DNA of 64,000 bases from a virus. The position numbers and the translations under genes were made by a program. Shown here one piece after another: positions 19,429-29,727 of this stretch (positions are counted from its first letter, which is position 1; every line of letters begins with the position of its first letter). The notes beneath the pieces were generated by a model that was not told the DNA's origin, made no database searches, and worked only from the letters and a program-made list of their open reading frames with translations. The stretch is taken from positions 11,148-75,147 of IMG/VR virus record IMGVR_UViG_3300028388_006015. One strand, written 5' to 3'.

Positions 19429-20013
19429 TTATGTAATAGATTCTCCTGGAAAAGAAATAACAGGCTCAGTAGCGCACACTTCAATAGCTGCATCGCTACC
19501 AACATTTCCACCAAGATATACTGTAATCGTCAAAACAGAAGTAACTGTACAACACTCACAGTCGCCGTCTGTACCAGGCTTTACAACTTCATATGTAAAC
19601 GCATATACCGTACCACTCTCACTACCATCACCTGCTGCAGGATCATACGTACCTGCATTACCATCAAACGTTCCATTAGGTATTGGCGGATCAACAGTCC
19701 ACGTACCTCCAACATCTGGAGTTCCATCGAGTTGATCTATTAACGTTATCACAGAAGCTCCCTCGGTTGTAGATATGGCTGTATTACTTCCGGCATCAGG
19801 ACGTCCACCTACAGTAACTGTAACAGACGCAGGAGAATCAATCTCGTTAAACCAATATTCAAACACATAATCTCCATGAGCAACAGCACACATATCGAGA
19901 CTACCAAGATAACCTCCAGTAATTGGTACGGTTTGAGGACCTGATACTTGCTCCCATTCACCTCCTGGATCGGGAGTTCCACCTAATTTAGCAAAAAGAT
20001 TAAACGTGCACAT
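19429..20013 (-). CDS. virion protein with two Flavobacterial adhesin-type Ig-like repeats
   Basis: Internal repeats NLFAKLGGTPDPGGEW / TLIDQLDGTPDVGGTW, each followed by Y.F.Y. Confidence 0.6.
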   Translation of the reverse strand: MCTFNLFAKLGGTPDPGGEWEQVSGPQTVPITGGYLGSLDMCAVAHGDYVFEYWFNEIDSPASVTVTVGGRPDAGSNTAISTTEGASVITLIDQLDGTPDVGGTWTVDPPIPNGTFDGNAGTYDPAAGDGSESGTVYAFTYEVVKPGTDGDCECCTVTSVLTITVYLGGNVGSDAAIEVCATEPVISFPGESIT

Positions 20014-20025
20014 GATTGTATATTT

Positions 20026-20160
20026 TTAACTTGGCGTACTACAAACTTCAATTGAGTTATCGGAACCTACGTTACTACCTACATACTCAACAAGAATTGT
20101 TAAATTGGGATCAATTCTCGTAACTGTGGTTTGTGTTGGTGTTAATATTGCTTCGTTCAT
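20026..20160 (-). CDS. 44 aa small protein related to the C-terminus of the downstream gene
   Basis: Manual translation MNEAILTPTQTTVTRIDPNLTILVEYVGSNVGSDNSIEVCSTPS; fills the gap after baseplate J. Confidence 0.5.
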   Translation of the reverse strand: MNEAILTPTQTTVTRIDPNLTILVEYVGSNVGSDNSIEVCSTPS

Positions 20161-20161
20161 A

Positions 20162-21358
20162 TTAATTGGTGGTTAGTGTTTGTTGAAACGAAAAGTCAGG
20201 ATTTAATGGATAATATACAGGAACAAGATTGCCTTGAATATCACTAATGATAGCACCATCTCCATCCAACATCAAGAATCCTCTAATTCTCGGAAGTTTG
20301 TTAATATCGACCGGAACATCAATATTTGGTGTGAAATATGTATCTGAGATATACTTTACACCCTTTTGCGATTTCGCTATTGTTAATAAATCGTCCCATT
20401 CTACTGTTTGACCAGGCAACCACGTTACCGGATCAAGATATTTGCTCATTGCTGTTTGAGTATTGATGCGAACATCGTCTGCATTAGCATCAGCCTCTAA
20501 TACAACTCTAAAGCTAATATCAATTGCCTGATACTCAATATTCTCCATAACAATGCCAATATTAGCATTGCCAGGACTTGCTAATTCACTTAAAGACAAG
20601 TACGAGCTGATGCTTTGTGTTAGTGTTTGAAGTTCACTGCTCGATAACAACACACCATTTTGCGTAATTACTTTAAGTATGCTTTGTCCTTGATCGTTAG
20701 ATCCGTGATATCGAATATCTAAAACATTTTCGTTAATCGAATGACACACTTGAACAAGATATGCTAATGTCCCTCTATTGTTAATGTTCCACGAATTTTT
20801 AATACGTGCCTTGAAATTATCATCACTCTCATTATCTCTACCGCCAATGGCTTGATATTCATTAACAACGTATCGGTGTCCAGATGGAGCACTGTTAATG
20901 ATCGTTATGCTTAGTGGATCTACATTCGTTGCACTACCTAAATCAGTACTGCGAACCCTTGCGTATGTGTATCCACTCGATGGAATAGCAACGTTTTTTG
21001 TCAATTCAAACGTAATACCGTGATTCCCCGTAAATGTATGAACTCCTTGCTGATACACAGTACCTGCAGTACCAACAAGTCTTATAAATGTACTACTTCC
21101 CGCTGCTCCGAATCGTGGAGGAATGCCATAAAACTGAGCAATATTGTCAAGATATTGTCCTGACGCAAAATCAGGAAATAAATGAGTTTCCACAAGGGCA
21201 ACGTCCTTAGCAGCTTTTTGACCTGCTTTACCCATACCCCATGCCATGCCTGACAAAACACTATTAGGAGAAACCTTGGTTACATCAGCAGTGTTATTAA
21301 TGATCATTTCAATAAACAACCGATGATAAAACTCACTATCTTGAACTCGTGTAAACAT
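20162..21358 (-). CDS. baseplate J-like protein
   Basis: ASGQYLDNIA..GIPPR, GGRDNESDDNFKARI, RGTL motifs. Confidence 0.85.
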   Translation of the reverse strand: MFTRVQDSEFYHRLFIEMIINNTADVTKVSPNSVLSGMAWGMGKAGQKAAKDVALVETHLFPDFASGQYLDNIAQFYGIPPRFGAAGSSTFIRLVGTAGTVYQQGVHTFTGNHGITFELTKNVAIPSSGYTYARVRSTDLGSATNVDPLSITIINSAPSGHRYVVNEYQAIGGRDNESDDNFKARIKNSWNINNRGTLAYLVQVCHSINENVLDIRYHGSNDQGQSILKVITQNGVLLSSSELQTLTQSISSYLSLSELASPGNANIGIVMENIEYQAIDISFRVVLEADANADDVRINTQTAMSKYLDPVTWLPGQTVEWDDLLTIAKSQKGVKYISDTYFTPNIDVPVDINKLPRIRGFLMLDGDGAIISDIQGNLVPVYYPLNPDFSFQQTLTTN

Positions 21359-21360
21359 TA

Positions 21361-22287
21361 TTAATATGTTGTACTGTTTGTAATTATTTCTCTGCGACGA
21401 CTCTCAACGACATATTCGTACTCAATACGATCTTGAATGGTCGTTATGTTTTTAATTGAAAAACTGCGTAAACTATCGTCAGTAAGAAACACTCGACTTA
21501 CTTGCCTAAATACAATAGGAAATAAATTGGCATTAACGTTGCGATTTCCACCAACATCAGACTGAACGCCTAAATCTGGAAATCTTGGATTGTCGCCTCT
21601 ACGTAATCCGGCCAATATTGAAACAGATTGAGTTAGTGTTTCTTTATTATCCAACACCACGATATCGTTATCAGCAAAAGCAAAATTACGATCAATGTCT
21701 TTGCCGTAAATACTCTCGTTTTCAATAGCTCCCACCGCACTCGTTATTGTACTAACGTTTTGCTGATTGATTAATGACATTTGCAATATCTGTCCTCCCT
21801 GACCGTCATATTGCTCTTCCGTCAGATCATTACTAACGGCAACGTCAACCCAATCATTGTTTCGATCGTCAGAATTTGCTACGTTAGAAACAGCCCCTTC
21901 AAGATTTTGACCTCTTTTGAGTGTATGTGTTACATTGATCTGTCCAGATAAATCAAAATTACGCCTACTTGTTCTATACCATCTTAAATTTGATAACGAT
22001 CGAAACTTAACAAGCAGATCGTCAACAACATCAAGAAGCTCCCAATAAATAATGTCGTAAAAATTATATGACTGAACAGTAAATGTTTGAGCAACATTTG
22101 CTAATGCGTCGCGAATACGCAACATCTCATCAATTGCCTCACTATTAATGCTCGTAGTTGTTCCCGAAAAGAATTGCACGATATTCTGCGACTGTTCGTC
22201 ATAAAACACAACAGCGTCCTCAAGTAATTGATCGAGATCAAAACCTGTTTTATCGTGAAAATTTTCTATAGCCTGTTCAACTGTCAT
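21361..22287 (-). CDS. baseplate protein (LysM-like segment + gp25-like C-terminus)
   Basis: HTLKRGQNLE..WVDVAVSNDL; YGKDI..RGDNPRFPDLG; immediately upstream of baseplate J. Confidence 0.55.
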   Translation of the reverse strand: MTVEQAIENFHDKTGFDLDQLLEDAVVFYDEQSQNIVQFFSGTTTSINSEAIDEMLRIRDALANVAQTFTVQSYNFYDIIYWELLDVVDDLLVKFRSLSNLRWYRTSRRNFDLSGQINVTHTLKRGQNLEGAVSNVANSDDRNNDWVDVAVSNDLTEEQYDGQGGQILQMSLINQQNVSTITSAVGAIENESIYGKDIDRNFAFADNDIVVLDNKETLTQSVSILAGLRRGDNPRFPDLGVQSDVGGNRNVNANLFPIVFRQVSRVFLTDDSLRSFSIKNITTIQDRIEYEYVVESRRREIITNSTTY

Positions 22288-22288
22288 A

Positions 22289-23026
22289 TTATATAATTGC
22301 TCGAACTCTATCAATTACAGTATTCAGTCCTCTCTGAATGAGATCTACTGAGAGATTTTCAATTCGATCTCGAAAAGTATCCATTTCCAATGGCGCTACT
22401 GCTACAAAATTAATAGCATACTGCCATATCATATTCATATCTTTGTTCTGATAAAACTTAGAATCGCGAATCTTTATCAGATAATTTTCGTTAAAAGTTG
22501 GATTATAAAAGTACAATTTCAATGGCTTACCATTTTCATCTAACGCGCTGCTCTTATCAATCATTGCCTGTAATACCTTTGTGCAGCCATAACCAGACTT
22601 CACTGCAACATTAAACACAGATGTTGACGGACTTGGAGTAGAATCGTCCATTTGATATTTATGGAAAACGCCTCTCTGAGTGCTGAATTTAAGAGCATTA
22701 AAATCCAAGACATTCTTATTAACTATGGTCTTAAGCGTTCTACCAAAATTACCTTGAATGGAAAAATCAATAGGGATAAAATTGTTAGTATCTAACGCCA
22801 CCACTCCACCTGCTGTTTTTTTAATATTAACTACAGTAACACTATTACGCGTAATACTGTCAGGCATAATTGGGAAAACAAGATAATCAATCATTCGGTC
22901 TTGACTATCAACCAATTCCAATCCAACGAGGTAATACTCAAAATCGTTAGGAAATACTGCATTCAGTCCCGCTCTTCCTAAAAGAGAGAGTAGTCTACGA
23001 TATTCCGATTGAACTTGAGTTGCCAT
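22289..23026 (-). CDS. baseplate / tail tube initiator-like protein
   Basis: FPIMPDSI..KTAGG..IQGNFG..WQYAINF pattern; position. Confidence 0.5.
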   Translation of the reverse strand: MATQVQSEYRRLLSLLGRAGLNAVFPNDFEYYLVGLELVDSQDRMIDYLVFPIMPDSITRNSVTVVNIKKTAGGVVALDTNNFIPIDFSIQGNFGRTLKTIVNKNVLDFNALKFSTQRGVFHKYQMDDSTPSPSTSVFNVAVKSGYGCTKVLQAMIDKSSALDENGKPLKLYFYNPTFNENYLIKIRDSKFYQNKDMNMIWQYAINFVAVAPLEMDTFRDRIENLSVDLIQRGLNTVIDRVRAII

Positions 23027-23060
23027 ATATTAATGCTCTTGAAATGTGAAATTCTCCAAA

Positions 23061-24026
23061 TTATTGAGAAGAAACAACGTTCGATAAAATTGTTGAGAAT
23101 GTTTGAGGCGTATTTCCGGAAGCTATTGCTGCTACAAGCTGCGCTTTAAATTGCAAACCACCGTCTCCTGGAAGTGGTACTGCAGCATTAATGGCTGTGT
23201 ATAATAATTGAATACGATTATTTAATGTAACGAGCTCTTGAAGTAAAGCGTTACCTAATACAATAGGCTGTCCTCCTTCACCTCCTAACGAAACAATGTT
23301 TGCTTCAAGAGTTATATCATTTTCAGCACTCACAGTTTGACTTGATGCTGATGACTGTATAGCTCCGTCCTTCATCACAAATGTATTGCCAAATTCATCT
23401 GTGATTGTTAATCCTGTACCTGCTACATACTTGATTGTTGCACTAACATCACTATCAACATCCTCAATAACAAGTTCAATAGCTTCACCTGCATCAATCT
23501 TAACAGTCTTACTTGCTTGAATTTCAATGTTGCCATCAACACTCATTGTTAATAGCCCTTGATCTTCACTGTTAGATAATAAAACTTGAATATGTCCTCC
23601 TTTGCGTCGTAAACTATCAACATTTAACGACAATATGTTGTTACGCGCATCACCAACAATCTCTACAGTGCCGAGATCACTAGTCTTACGCACATGAAAT
23701 TGATCTTCTATTAGCCAATCAGATTCATCATTTTTATTGAGAATTCCAATTATCACAGGCTTATTGTGATTAGCAATGTTGCCCATTATTACTTGACTTC
23801 CTAGATTACCTGCCTGATCAGGAAACTGTATTGCGTTAACCAGATTATTAGAAATACGCACATTCCATACAACCTCTCCATTCTCACCATACACACCTAA
23901 CATATGTGTTCGTAAACAACGTGCAATATACACGTCACGAGCTATATTGTTAGGTAATATTACATATCCAGTTGTAATTGGATATCTTTTATTCGGCACC
24001 CCTGTTGTTGATATACCTTTATTCAT
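23061..24026 (-). CDS. baseplate central spike-like protein
   Basis: Beta-repeat middle, C-terminal QPIVLGNAL; follows the hub. Confidence 0.55.
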   Translation of the reverse strand: MNKGISTTGVPNKRYPITTGYVILPNNIARDVYIARCLRTHMLGVYGENGEVVWNVRISNNLVNAIQFPDQAGNLGSQVIMGNIANHNKPVIIGILNKNDESDWLIEDQFHVRKTSDLGTVEIVGDARNNILSLNVDSLRRKGGHIQVLLSNSEDQGLLTMSVDGNIEIQASKTVKIDAGEAIELVIEDVDSDVSATIKYVAGTGLTITDEFGNTFVMKDGAIQSSASSQTVSAENDITLEANIVSLGGEGGQPIVLGNALLQELVTLNNRIQLLYTAINAAVPLPGDGGLQFKAQLVAAIASGNTPQTFSTILSNVVSSQ

Positions 24027-26562
24027 TCTGCAAACGATTAACAAAAAAGTCAAAAACCTCCTGATTTACAGCAAAATTGCGCTTAATTTCAAGTTGCGCT
24101 TCATTACTGCCTCCGGTTAAGCTACTAACAATATATTGACGAATAAGCTCTGTATCCACAATGTTAAAATACGAATATGTGGGATGGTCAATATATTTTT
24201 CAAACATACCTCTTTCAACCTGTAATGTTGTTGTGCGATCAATTATTTGGTTAGAGATCGAGTACGAATGAGATACAGAAGAGACGTAAAACAATTCACC
24301 AGTAGCAACATGTCTAATCCACGTACCTCTTTTAATTCTGCGATCTCCATTCAATGTAATGCTTCCTCTGCGTGTAAATGGTAAATATGCGTTAATATCT
24401 ATAACAAATTTAAGATCAATCGCTGTTTGCTCAACAACAAAATTTCTATCTTTTTTCTGATTACTACCAGTAAGACCGCTATATGGTAAATAATTAGAAA
24501 CCACACTCAATCTACGACTTCCCCATATATCTGCATATTGAGGAAAATAAATGATGGGGATGTATGCTAAAGATACAGAACTACCGGCTCCTAAAAACAA
24601 CCCTTGAGGTTGAATTTCGTAAAACGAATAGATCTCACTGTCTTGATATTGCACTTCAAAAGAAAGAACATCTGCAGGGTCAATATCGAGAATTAGTGTA
24701 GATCGCTCACCAGGCACCTGAAATGTTTCCTCTTCATTATCTGTATGATATTGAGCATTTATATATCCTTTAATACCTGCTTTATCAAACGGAGGTCGAC
24801 GAGCAATAAAATAAAAAGAGTCGCCATAAGTATCTGTTATGAATTCAACAAAAGGCTTTTGGCAAACCTTCCATACTTGATTAATTAAAGAACCATCAGG
24901 TTGACTTATACTAGAATCTGCAATACGACGATCGGCAACATTTTCATCAACGAGCAACTTGATAATTTGCCAAATTCCTCGTGCAGGTCTTGATTCGATA
25001 TCGCGATTATATGTTGTTTGTTGCAAACGATAATGCTCATATGCATATAAAAATATAGTACTCGGCTCTACGCCAATTGTAGCACTACTATCGTTAGATA
25101 ACGCAGACACCTGCTTAAATAAAAATACATCTTGACCTGCAATGGCTGTAGGTGTTGTATTAGCTGCTACTATTTGTCCTTGAAATGTGAAAGAATCATA
25201 CCCAATAAGAGATACTCCATTAACAACAAGAGCGTCTTGTGCAACTGCTGCTTGTATTAAGTTGACTATATTGTCAAAAATACTGGCTGCATTACCGTCA
25301 GAATATTGCTCAATTTCACGTATCGCATTGTTCTTGATTATGCTTAATTGATATTGGATTTCGTTTGTATTCTGCTGCTCAAGACGAAAAACTTCACTAC
25401 GACGATCTCCATATGCAGAAAACAATGAATCTGTAGTTACTGCAATATTGGATAGATGATTCATAATAAATTGCAGTGCAAAACGAATAGAACGAAATGT
25501 AAATGCACTTTGCAGAATGAATTGACCGTCTACAGCCAATCTCTTTATCAGCTTATCATTTTCATTAGGATTGATAAATACTCCCTGAGCAAATTGTAAT
25601 GGGTAGAAATAACTACCATCATCAATAAGTACCTTTGCTAAATCTTTGCCTGTAATGTTAACTGTTACATCATTGCCCTCAGCACTATATGATAGTAAAT
25701 TAGAATCAACAAGTCCAATCATATCGTATAACTTCAGATCGCCCTCACTCGAAGGAATTCGCGTTTTGTCTATAAAAAACGACCGGTTGCGAGATGATTC
25801 GATCTTCAATGGTTCAAACCTAATAAACACCACATCGTTAGGACTAACAATTGTATTCATTAAAAAATTACTCTGCTTGTATTGACCACCTGCTTTACGA
25901 TTTGTTTGATTGAAGCTAATCAATTCATTTTTTGCAAAGAAGTCACTAACACTAGTATTGTGAATTATCCATTGATTTTGCTCGTTAAGACTGCATGTAA
26001 TTGGAGCAAAGCTTAACTGAAAATTGCCACCATTTTCATCAACATTCGTTGTGCACGAAATAAGAAATGGAGTTACGTCAAGAAGTCTATCTCCACCAAT
26101 TGCTTTACTCCATAGCCATACACTTATTCTCGGATGGCTTATTTTGGTTTTATTTATTGTATCACCTGTGTAATATGATGTTTGAACATAAGAAGAGCTT
26201 TTAAGTAGTTGAGCATGAAATTGCGAAAGAAAAGCTGAAAATTTCTTAACATCTACTACTTGATTCGATCCAGTTATAGATAATGTTTCGCGAAACAACT
26301 TATCCTTAGGAAGGGCAAGTACAGTACCTACTTTAAGATCAACAAGTGTACCATTATCGTACAATAATTGTGCAGCTTTTTTCTCTCGACGATTATACTT
26401 GAGCCATACACGATCGAGATTACTCAATCCATTCTGATCTGTATACTGCAGCAACTCATCAGGTGTTAATTGTTTTGCAATAGATAGTCCGAATTGATCT
26501 AAAAACTCATCAATCGTTGTTATCTCGGGATCGTGATGTGTGTATAAAATATATGGCTGCAT
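24019..26562 (-). CDS. baseplate hub protein
   Basis: IGLVD..ITGKD, KPFVEF..ARRPPF, GSITLNGDRRIKRG..YVSSVSH..TTTLQVERG; follows the tape measure. Confidence 0.65.
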   Translation of the reverse strand: MQPYILYTHHDPEITTIDEFLDQFGLSIAKQLTPDELLQYTDQNGLSNLDRVWLKYNRREKKAAQLLYDNGTLVDLKVGTVLALPKDKLFRETLSITGSNQVVDVKKFSAFLSQFHAQLLKSSSYVQTSYYTGDTINKTKISHPRISVWLWSKAIGGDRLLDVTPFLISCTTNVDENGGNFQLSFAPITCSLNEQNQWIIHNTSVSDFFAKNELISFNQTNRKAGGQYKQSNFLMNTIVSPNDVVFIRFEPLKIESSRNRSFFIDKTRIPSSEGDLKLYDMIGLVDSNLLSYSAEGNDVTVNITGKDLAKVLIDDGSYFYPLQFAQGVFINPNENDKLIKRLAVDGQFILQSAFTFRSIRFALQFIMNHLSNIAVTTDSLFSAYGDRRSEVFRLEQQNTNEIQYQLSIIKNNAIREIEQYSDGNAASIFDNIVNLIQAAVAQDALVVNGVSLIGYDSFTFQGQIVAANTTPTAIAGQDVFLFKQVSALSNDSSATIGVEPSTIFLYAYEHYRLQQTTYNRDIESRPARGIWQIIKLLVDENVADRRIADSSISQPDGSLINQVWKVCQKPFVEFITDTYGDSFYFIARRPPFDKAGIKGYINAQYHTDNEEETFQVPGERSTLILDIDPADVLSFEVQYQDSEIYSFYEIQPQGLFLGAGSSVSLAYIPIIYFPQYADIWGSRRLSVVSNYLPYSGLTGSNQKKDRNFVVEQTAIDLKFVIDINAYLPFTRRGSITLNGDRRIKRGTWIRHVATGELFYVSSVSHSYSISNQIIDRTTTLQVERGMFEKYIDHPTYSYFNIVDTELIRQYIVSSLTGGSNEAQLEIKRNFAVNQEVFDFFVNRLQNE

Positions 26563-28421
26563 TAATCAATTGTTATTGGCTTGTTAGATAAGATACGTGC
26601 TTGTGGCACCTTACCTCCATTAAAGAATCCTATCGCTGTATTGATTGCTTCTGTCAAGTTTATTCCTGCATCCATCAATCCTCCAATTGCGCCCTCTATT
26701 CCTCCCATATTATTAACGAGAGAACCTATTTGACGAGATAATTCGTCACCTTTTTCAGCCAATAAATTATCTATCTGAGTAGTTTCACGCTGCAAGTATC
26801 CTGTTGTAAGACCTGCTCTTCCTAATAATGCCTGTCTTAATTGATCTCCCTGATCTTCAACAACGGGCTGTTGTCGCATCTGTTCTTGAGTAGCAATATC
26901 ACCTGTTACATATTGACGATTAACCTGATCATCAAATTCCTGCTGAGCTGGTAAATCAAGCTCTCCACTCATGTATTCGGTAGACAATCTATTTGCCTGA
27001 GCAAAGCTTAATCCCGGGAACATTGCCTTGACTTGCTCGGTCATAAACTCTACATTATCTCCGGACATTGTGGCAAATTGCGAAAGTAAACCTTCAAGCA
27101 ATCCTGGTTGTGCTATGCCTTGTTCTTGCATTTGCATCAACTCAACTCTTGAAGCACCTGGATTCAGTCGCGATAATGTAGCAAATTGTAATGCTTGTGC
27201 GTATTCACTTTGCGGGTTCTGTAAAGACTGATCTATCGTTGATACAATTTGACGTAGTACTTGTGGATCCGAAAACGAGCCACCTATACTTCCCAAAGCA
27301 GCAATCACAGATGTATTGAATGATGTATTAATCTGATCAAGACGCACATTCTGCTGACTTGCTAATTCATTTGCTATTTGCAAATACTCTTCAACCAAAG
27401 TGAAGTCATTCTCATTAACAAGGCCTTTTTGCATTAACGATTCAAATAGAGTACCTACGGTCGACATTATATCTTGTGATGCTGCATCATTACGACTAGA
27501 ACGCATCAATTGCAATAATGTACTACGATTCAATCCAAACCCTCTCTCAAGAGCAACAATATCCATACCCTGCTGCTCAACACCTTCAATACTTCCTTGA
27601 GCTCGTGCAGTTTCAATGGCGTATTGAGACATGAACGTAGCCATGCTAATGCCAAAATTCTCTGCCTGACGCCCCATATTTCCAACATAATCACCAGACA
27701 ACGCTTGTAATTGACCACGTGATTGTTGTAGTTGTTCAGCACCACCAAAAGACTTTTGTACAAGAGAGCTTAAAGCATTACCAACAAGGGGTAACGCCGT
27801 TAACAATCCTGCTAATGCGTACACTTCGTTGCGCGAAACAATCGCTCGTGAAGCCTGTGCAACTGCAAGTCCTGTCATATCGCCACCCTGACGCTGTTGC
27901 TGCTGCTCTTCAGGATCGTCAGGAACATTTTTAATCTGATCTTGAGCAAACTTAGCACGTAAATAATCAAATTCGTCAATGTCCTCTTTTAATCCTTCAC
28001 TTGTTATTGCACTAAGCACTCTTTGATTCTCGACACTGTCATCTCGTGCTTCTTCTCGCGCTGTATCCTTAACTGTCTCGATCAACTCACGCAATAAGCG
28101 TGTTTGCATCGTATCTTCTTCCGCTCTACCAGCAATTTCAGCCTTACGCTCTTTATAATCCTCATCAGAAATATCTCCACGCTCTTTTTGACGATTGAGC
28201 ACAAATTCATCGGATTGACGATCAAGTTTTGATCTTCTTTCAATAGCAGAAATCTGCTCTTCGATGATACGCACCATTTCTTTGCCGCCCTCTACTTGTT
28301 CGGCAACATCACGTATCATTTCGCGCCCTAATGTTGATGCGCTATTCTTTAAGCGGCCAATAAGAGTTTCAACACCATTATCTTGAGCACTAATTGTTAT
28401 ACGCCTATTAATATCTGCCAT
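26562..28421 (-). CDS. tape measure protein
   Basis: 619 aa, helical and Ala/Gln/Gly-rich; directly after the tube and chaperone genes. Confidence 0.65.
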   Translation of the reverse strand: MADINRRITISAQDNGVETLIGRLKNSASTLGREMIRDVAEQVEGGKEMVRIIEEQISAIERRSKLDRQSDEFVLNRQKERGDISDEDYKERKAEIAGRAEEDTMQTRLLRELIETVKDTAREEARDDSVENQRVLSAITSEGLKEDIDEFDYLRAKFAQDQIKNVPDDPEEQQQQRQGGDMTGLAVAQASRAIVSRNEVYALAGLLTALPLVGNALSSLVQKSFGGAEQLQQSRGQLQALSGDYVGNMGRQAENFGISMATFMSQYAIETARAQGSIEGVEQQGMDIVALERGFGLNRSTLLQLMRSSRNDAASQDIMSTVGTLFESLMQKGLVNENDFTLVEEYLQIANELASQQNVRLDQINTSFNTSVIAALGSIGGSFSDPQVLRQIVSTIDQSLQNPQSEYAQALQFATLSRLNPGASRVELMQMQEQGIAQPGLLEGLLSQFATMSGDNVEFMTEQVKAMFPGLSFAQANRLSTEYMSGELDLPAQQEFDDQVNRQYVTGDIATQEQMRQQPVVEDQGDQLRQALLGRAGLTTGYLQRETTQIDNLLAEKGDELSRQIGSLVNNMGGIEGAIGGLMDAGINLTEAINTAIGFFNGGKVPQARILSNKPITID

Positions 28422-28424
28422 TGT

Positions 28425-28766
28425 CTATATTATTATATTGCCCTCATCATCAAACTTGATATCGTGGAGGCTTGTAATATCGTCTATGTTAACGTCATCT
28501 TGACGCATACGCATGTTTGCTGAAGGATTAAGCCAATGAACGTCAGTGCCATTTGCTTTATACAGTGGTATGTTATTGTCGTCGCTTTGATCTTCAGAGA
28601 TCTGCTTGAACAACTCGTCCTCTATATATTCAAATAAAATGTCGTATTGAGATATCGCGAGATGTTGTTCACTACCAAATGCGATATTGTGTTTCGTACG
28701 CCACCATTTATCAAGAGGAAACTTGTTGTTCCAATCAATAATATGCTGACGTACGTTATTTATCAT
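28425..28766 (-). CDS. tail assembly chaperone (GT-like position)
   Basis: Between chaperone and TMP; WWRTKHNIAFGS; probable start 28766. Confidence 0.5.
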   Translation of the reverse strand: MINNVRQHIIDWNNKFPLDKWWRTKHNIAFGSEQHLAISQYDILFEYIEDELFKQISEDQSDDNNIPLYKANGTDVHWLNPSANMRMRQDDVNIDDITSLHDIKFDDEGNIII

Positions 28767-29142
28767 CTTTCGCCTGAACTTCAGGATTCGCAAAAACAGT
28801 CATCCAGTTCTGGATCCAAGGGAAAATTGTTTTACGATAAAGATTAACCAACTCTCGACTATCTGCTACACTAATATCGAGCAGACTCTTATTTTTCATA
28901 TTGAGATCATTGATCAATTGAGGGCAGCAAACTGTCAGCCATGCAATACAGTCAACAAGATCAAGAGCAATTACAGACGACACTGTTGTTGTAGTCATCA
29001 TATTATTGTATTGATTGCCTGTTAGACGTGCCTTCATTTTTTCAATTTCAATGTATTGACCGTTGGTTGGAATTGTGATGAAGTATTCCTTGTCAATAGT
29101 GCTTACTGTGAACTTAACCATTCTTTGAATCTCCATGGACAA
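28756..29142 (-). CDS. tail assembly chaperone (G-like position)
   Basis: 128 aa directly after the tail tube gene. Confidence 0.55.
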   Translation of the reverse strand: MSMEIQRMVKFTVSTIDKEYFITIPTNGQYIEIEKMKARLTGNQYNNMMTTTTVSSVIALDLVDCIAWLTVCCPQLINDLNMKNKSLLDISVADSRELVNLYRKTIFPWIQNWMTVFANPEVQAKDDK

Positions 29143-29160
29143 ACTATATTTTTTCGATTA

Positions 29161-29186
29161 AAGAAAACCGACGTTAAAACATCGGT
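29161..29186 (-). terminator. terminator after tail tube gene
   Basis: Minus strand ACCGATGTT-TT-AACGTCGGT followed by TTTCTT. Confidence 0.5.
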
Positions 29187-29220
29187 CCTCTTCCAAAAAG
29201 ATGATAAATAAACCACAATC

Positions 29221-29697
29221 TTACGTAAACTGCACGATAGGATTGAGATAAGCGAATGACTGATTTCTCCCAGCAATCTGGCCTTCGTTAATATCAAATG
29301 CATCTTGTTCGATAAAGGCACCTCGTACAGTGATGTACTCTTCTAAACGAGAGCTTATAAGTTGAGTTGTGGGATCGAATACATCTGCCACTTTTTTGTA
29401 GCAAACAATATCAACACCATCTTCTTGAAGAAGAACAGTATCAATCCAAGCCCTTACTGTAGGAACGGAGCGAATAAGTGCATTTGGAATGCCTGTTTTT
29501 GACAGGTCAATGCTATAAAACGAACAAGTCAATCTGCCTGTCCATTCTAAAGCAGGAAGTTCTCTCGCAATCAAGGCGCCCAATCCTGAAACTTTGCCAC
29601 GACGAAGATCTTCTGTCGCACGAATGTCTTTCATAAATCCTACAGATTCTCCCTGTACTTTAATGATTGCTAATGGGGCGGTCATTACTTCTGCCAT
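29221..29697 (-). CDS. tail tube protein
   Basis: 158 aa after the sheath; VSGLG..E, FAYL ending similar to SPO1-like tubes. Confidence 0.8.
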   Translation of the reverse strand: MAEVMTAPLAIIKVQGESVGFMKDIRATEDLRRGKVSGLGALIARELPALEWTGRLTCSFYSIDLSKTGIPNALIRSVPTVRAWIDTVLLQEDGVDIVCYKKVADVFDPTTQLISSRLEEYITVRGAFIEQDAFDINEGQIAGRNQSFAYLNPIVQFT

Positions 29698-29727
29698 CGG
29701 TCCTATATTTTAATAGATCTTTTTTGA

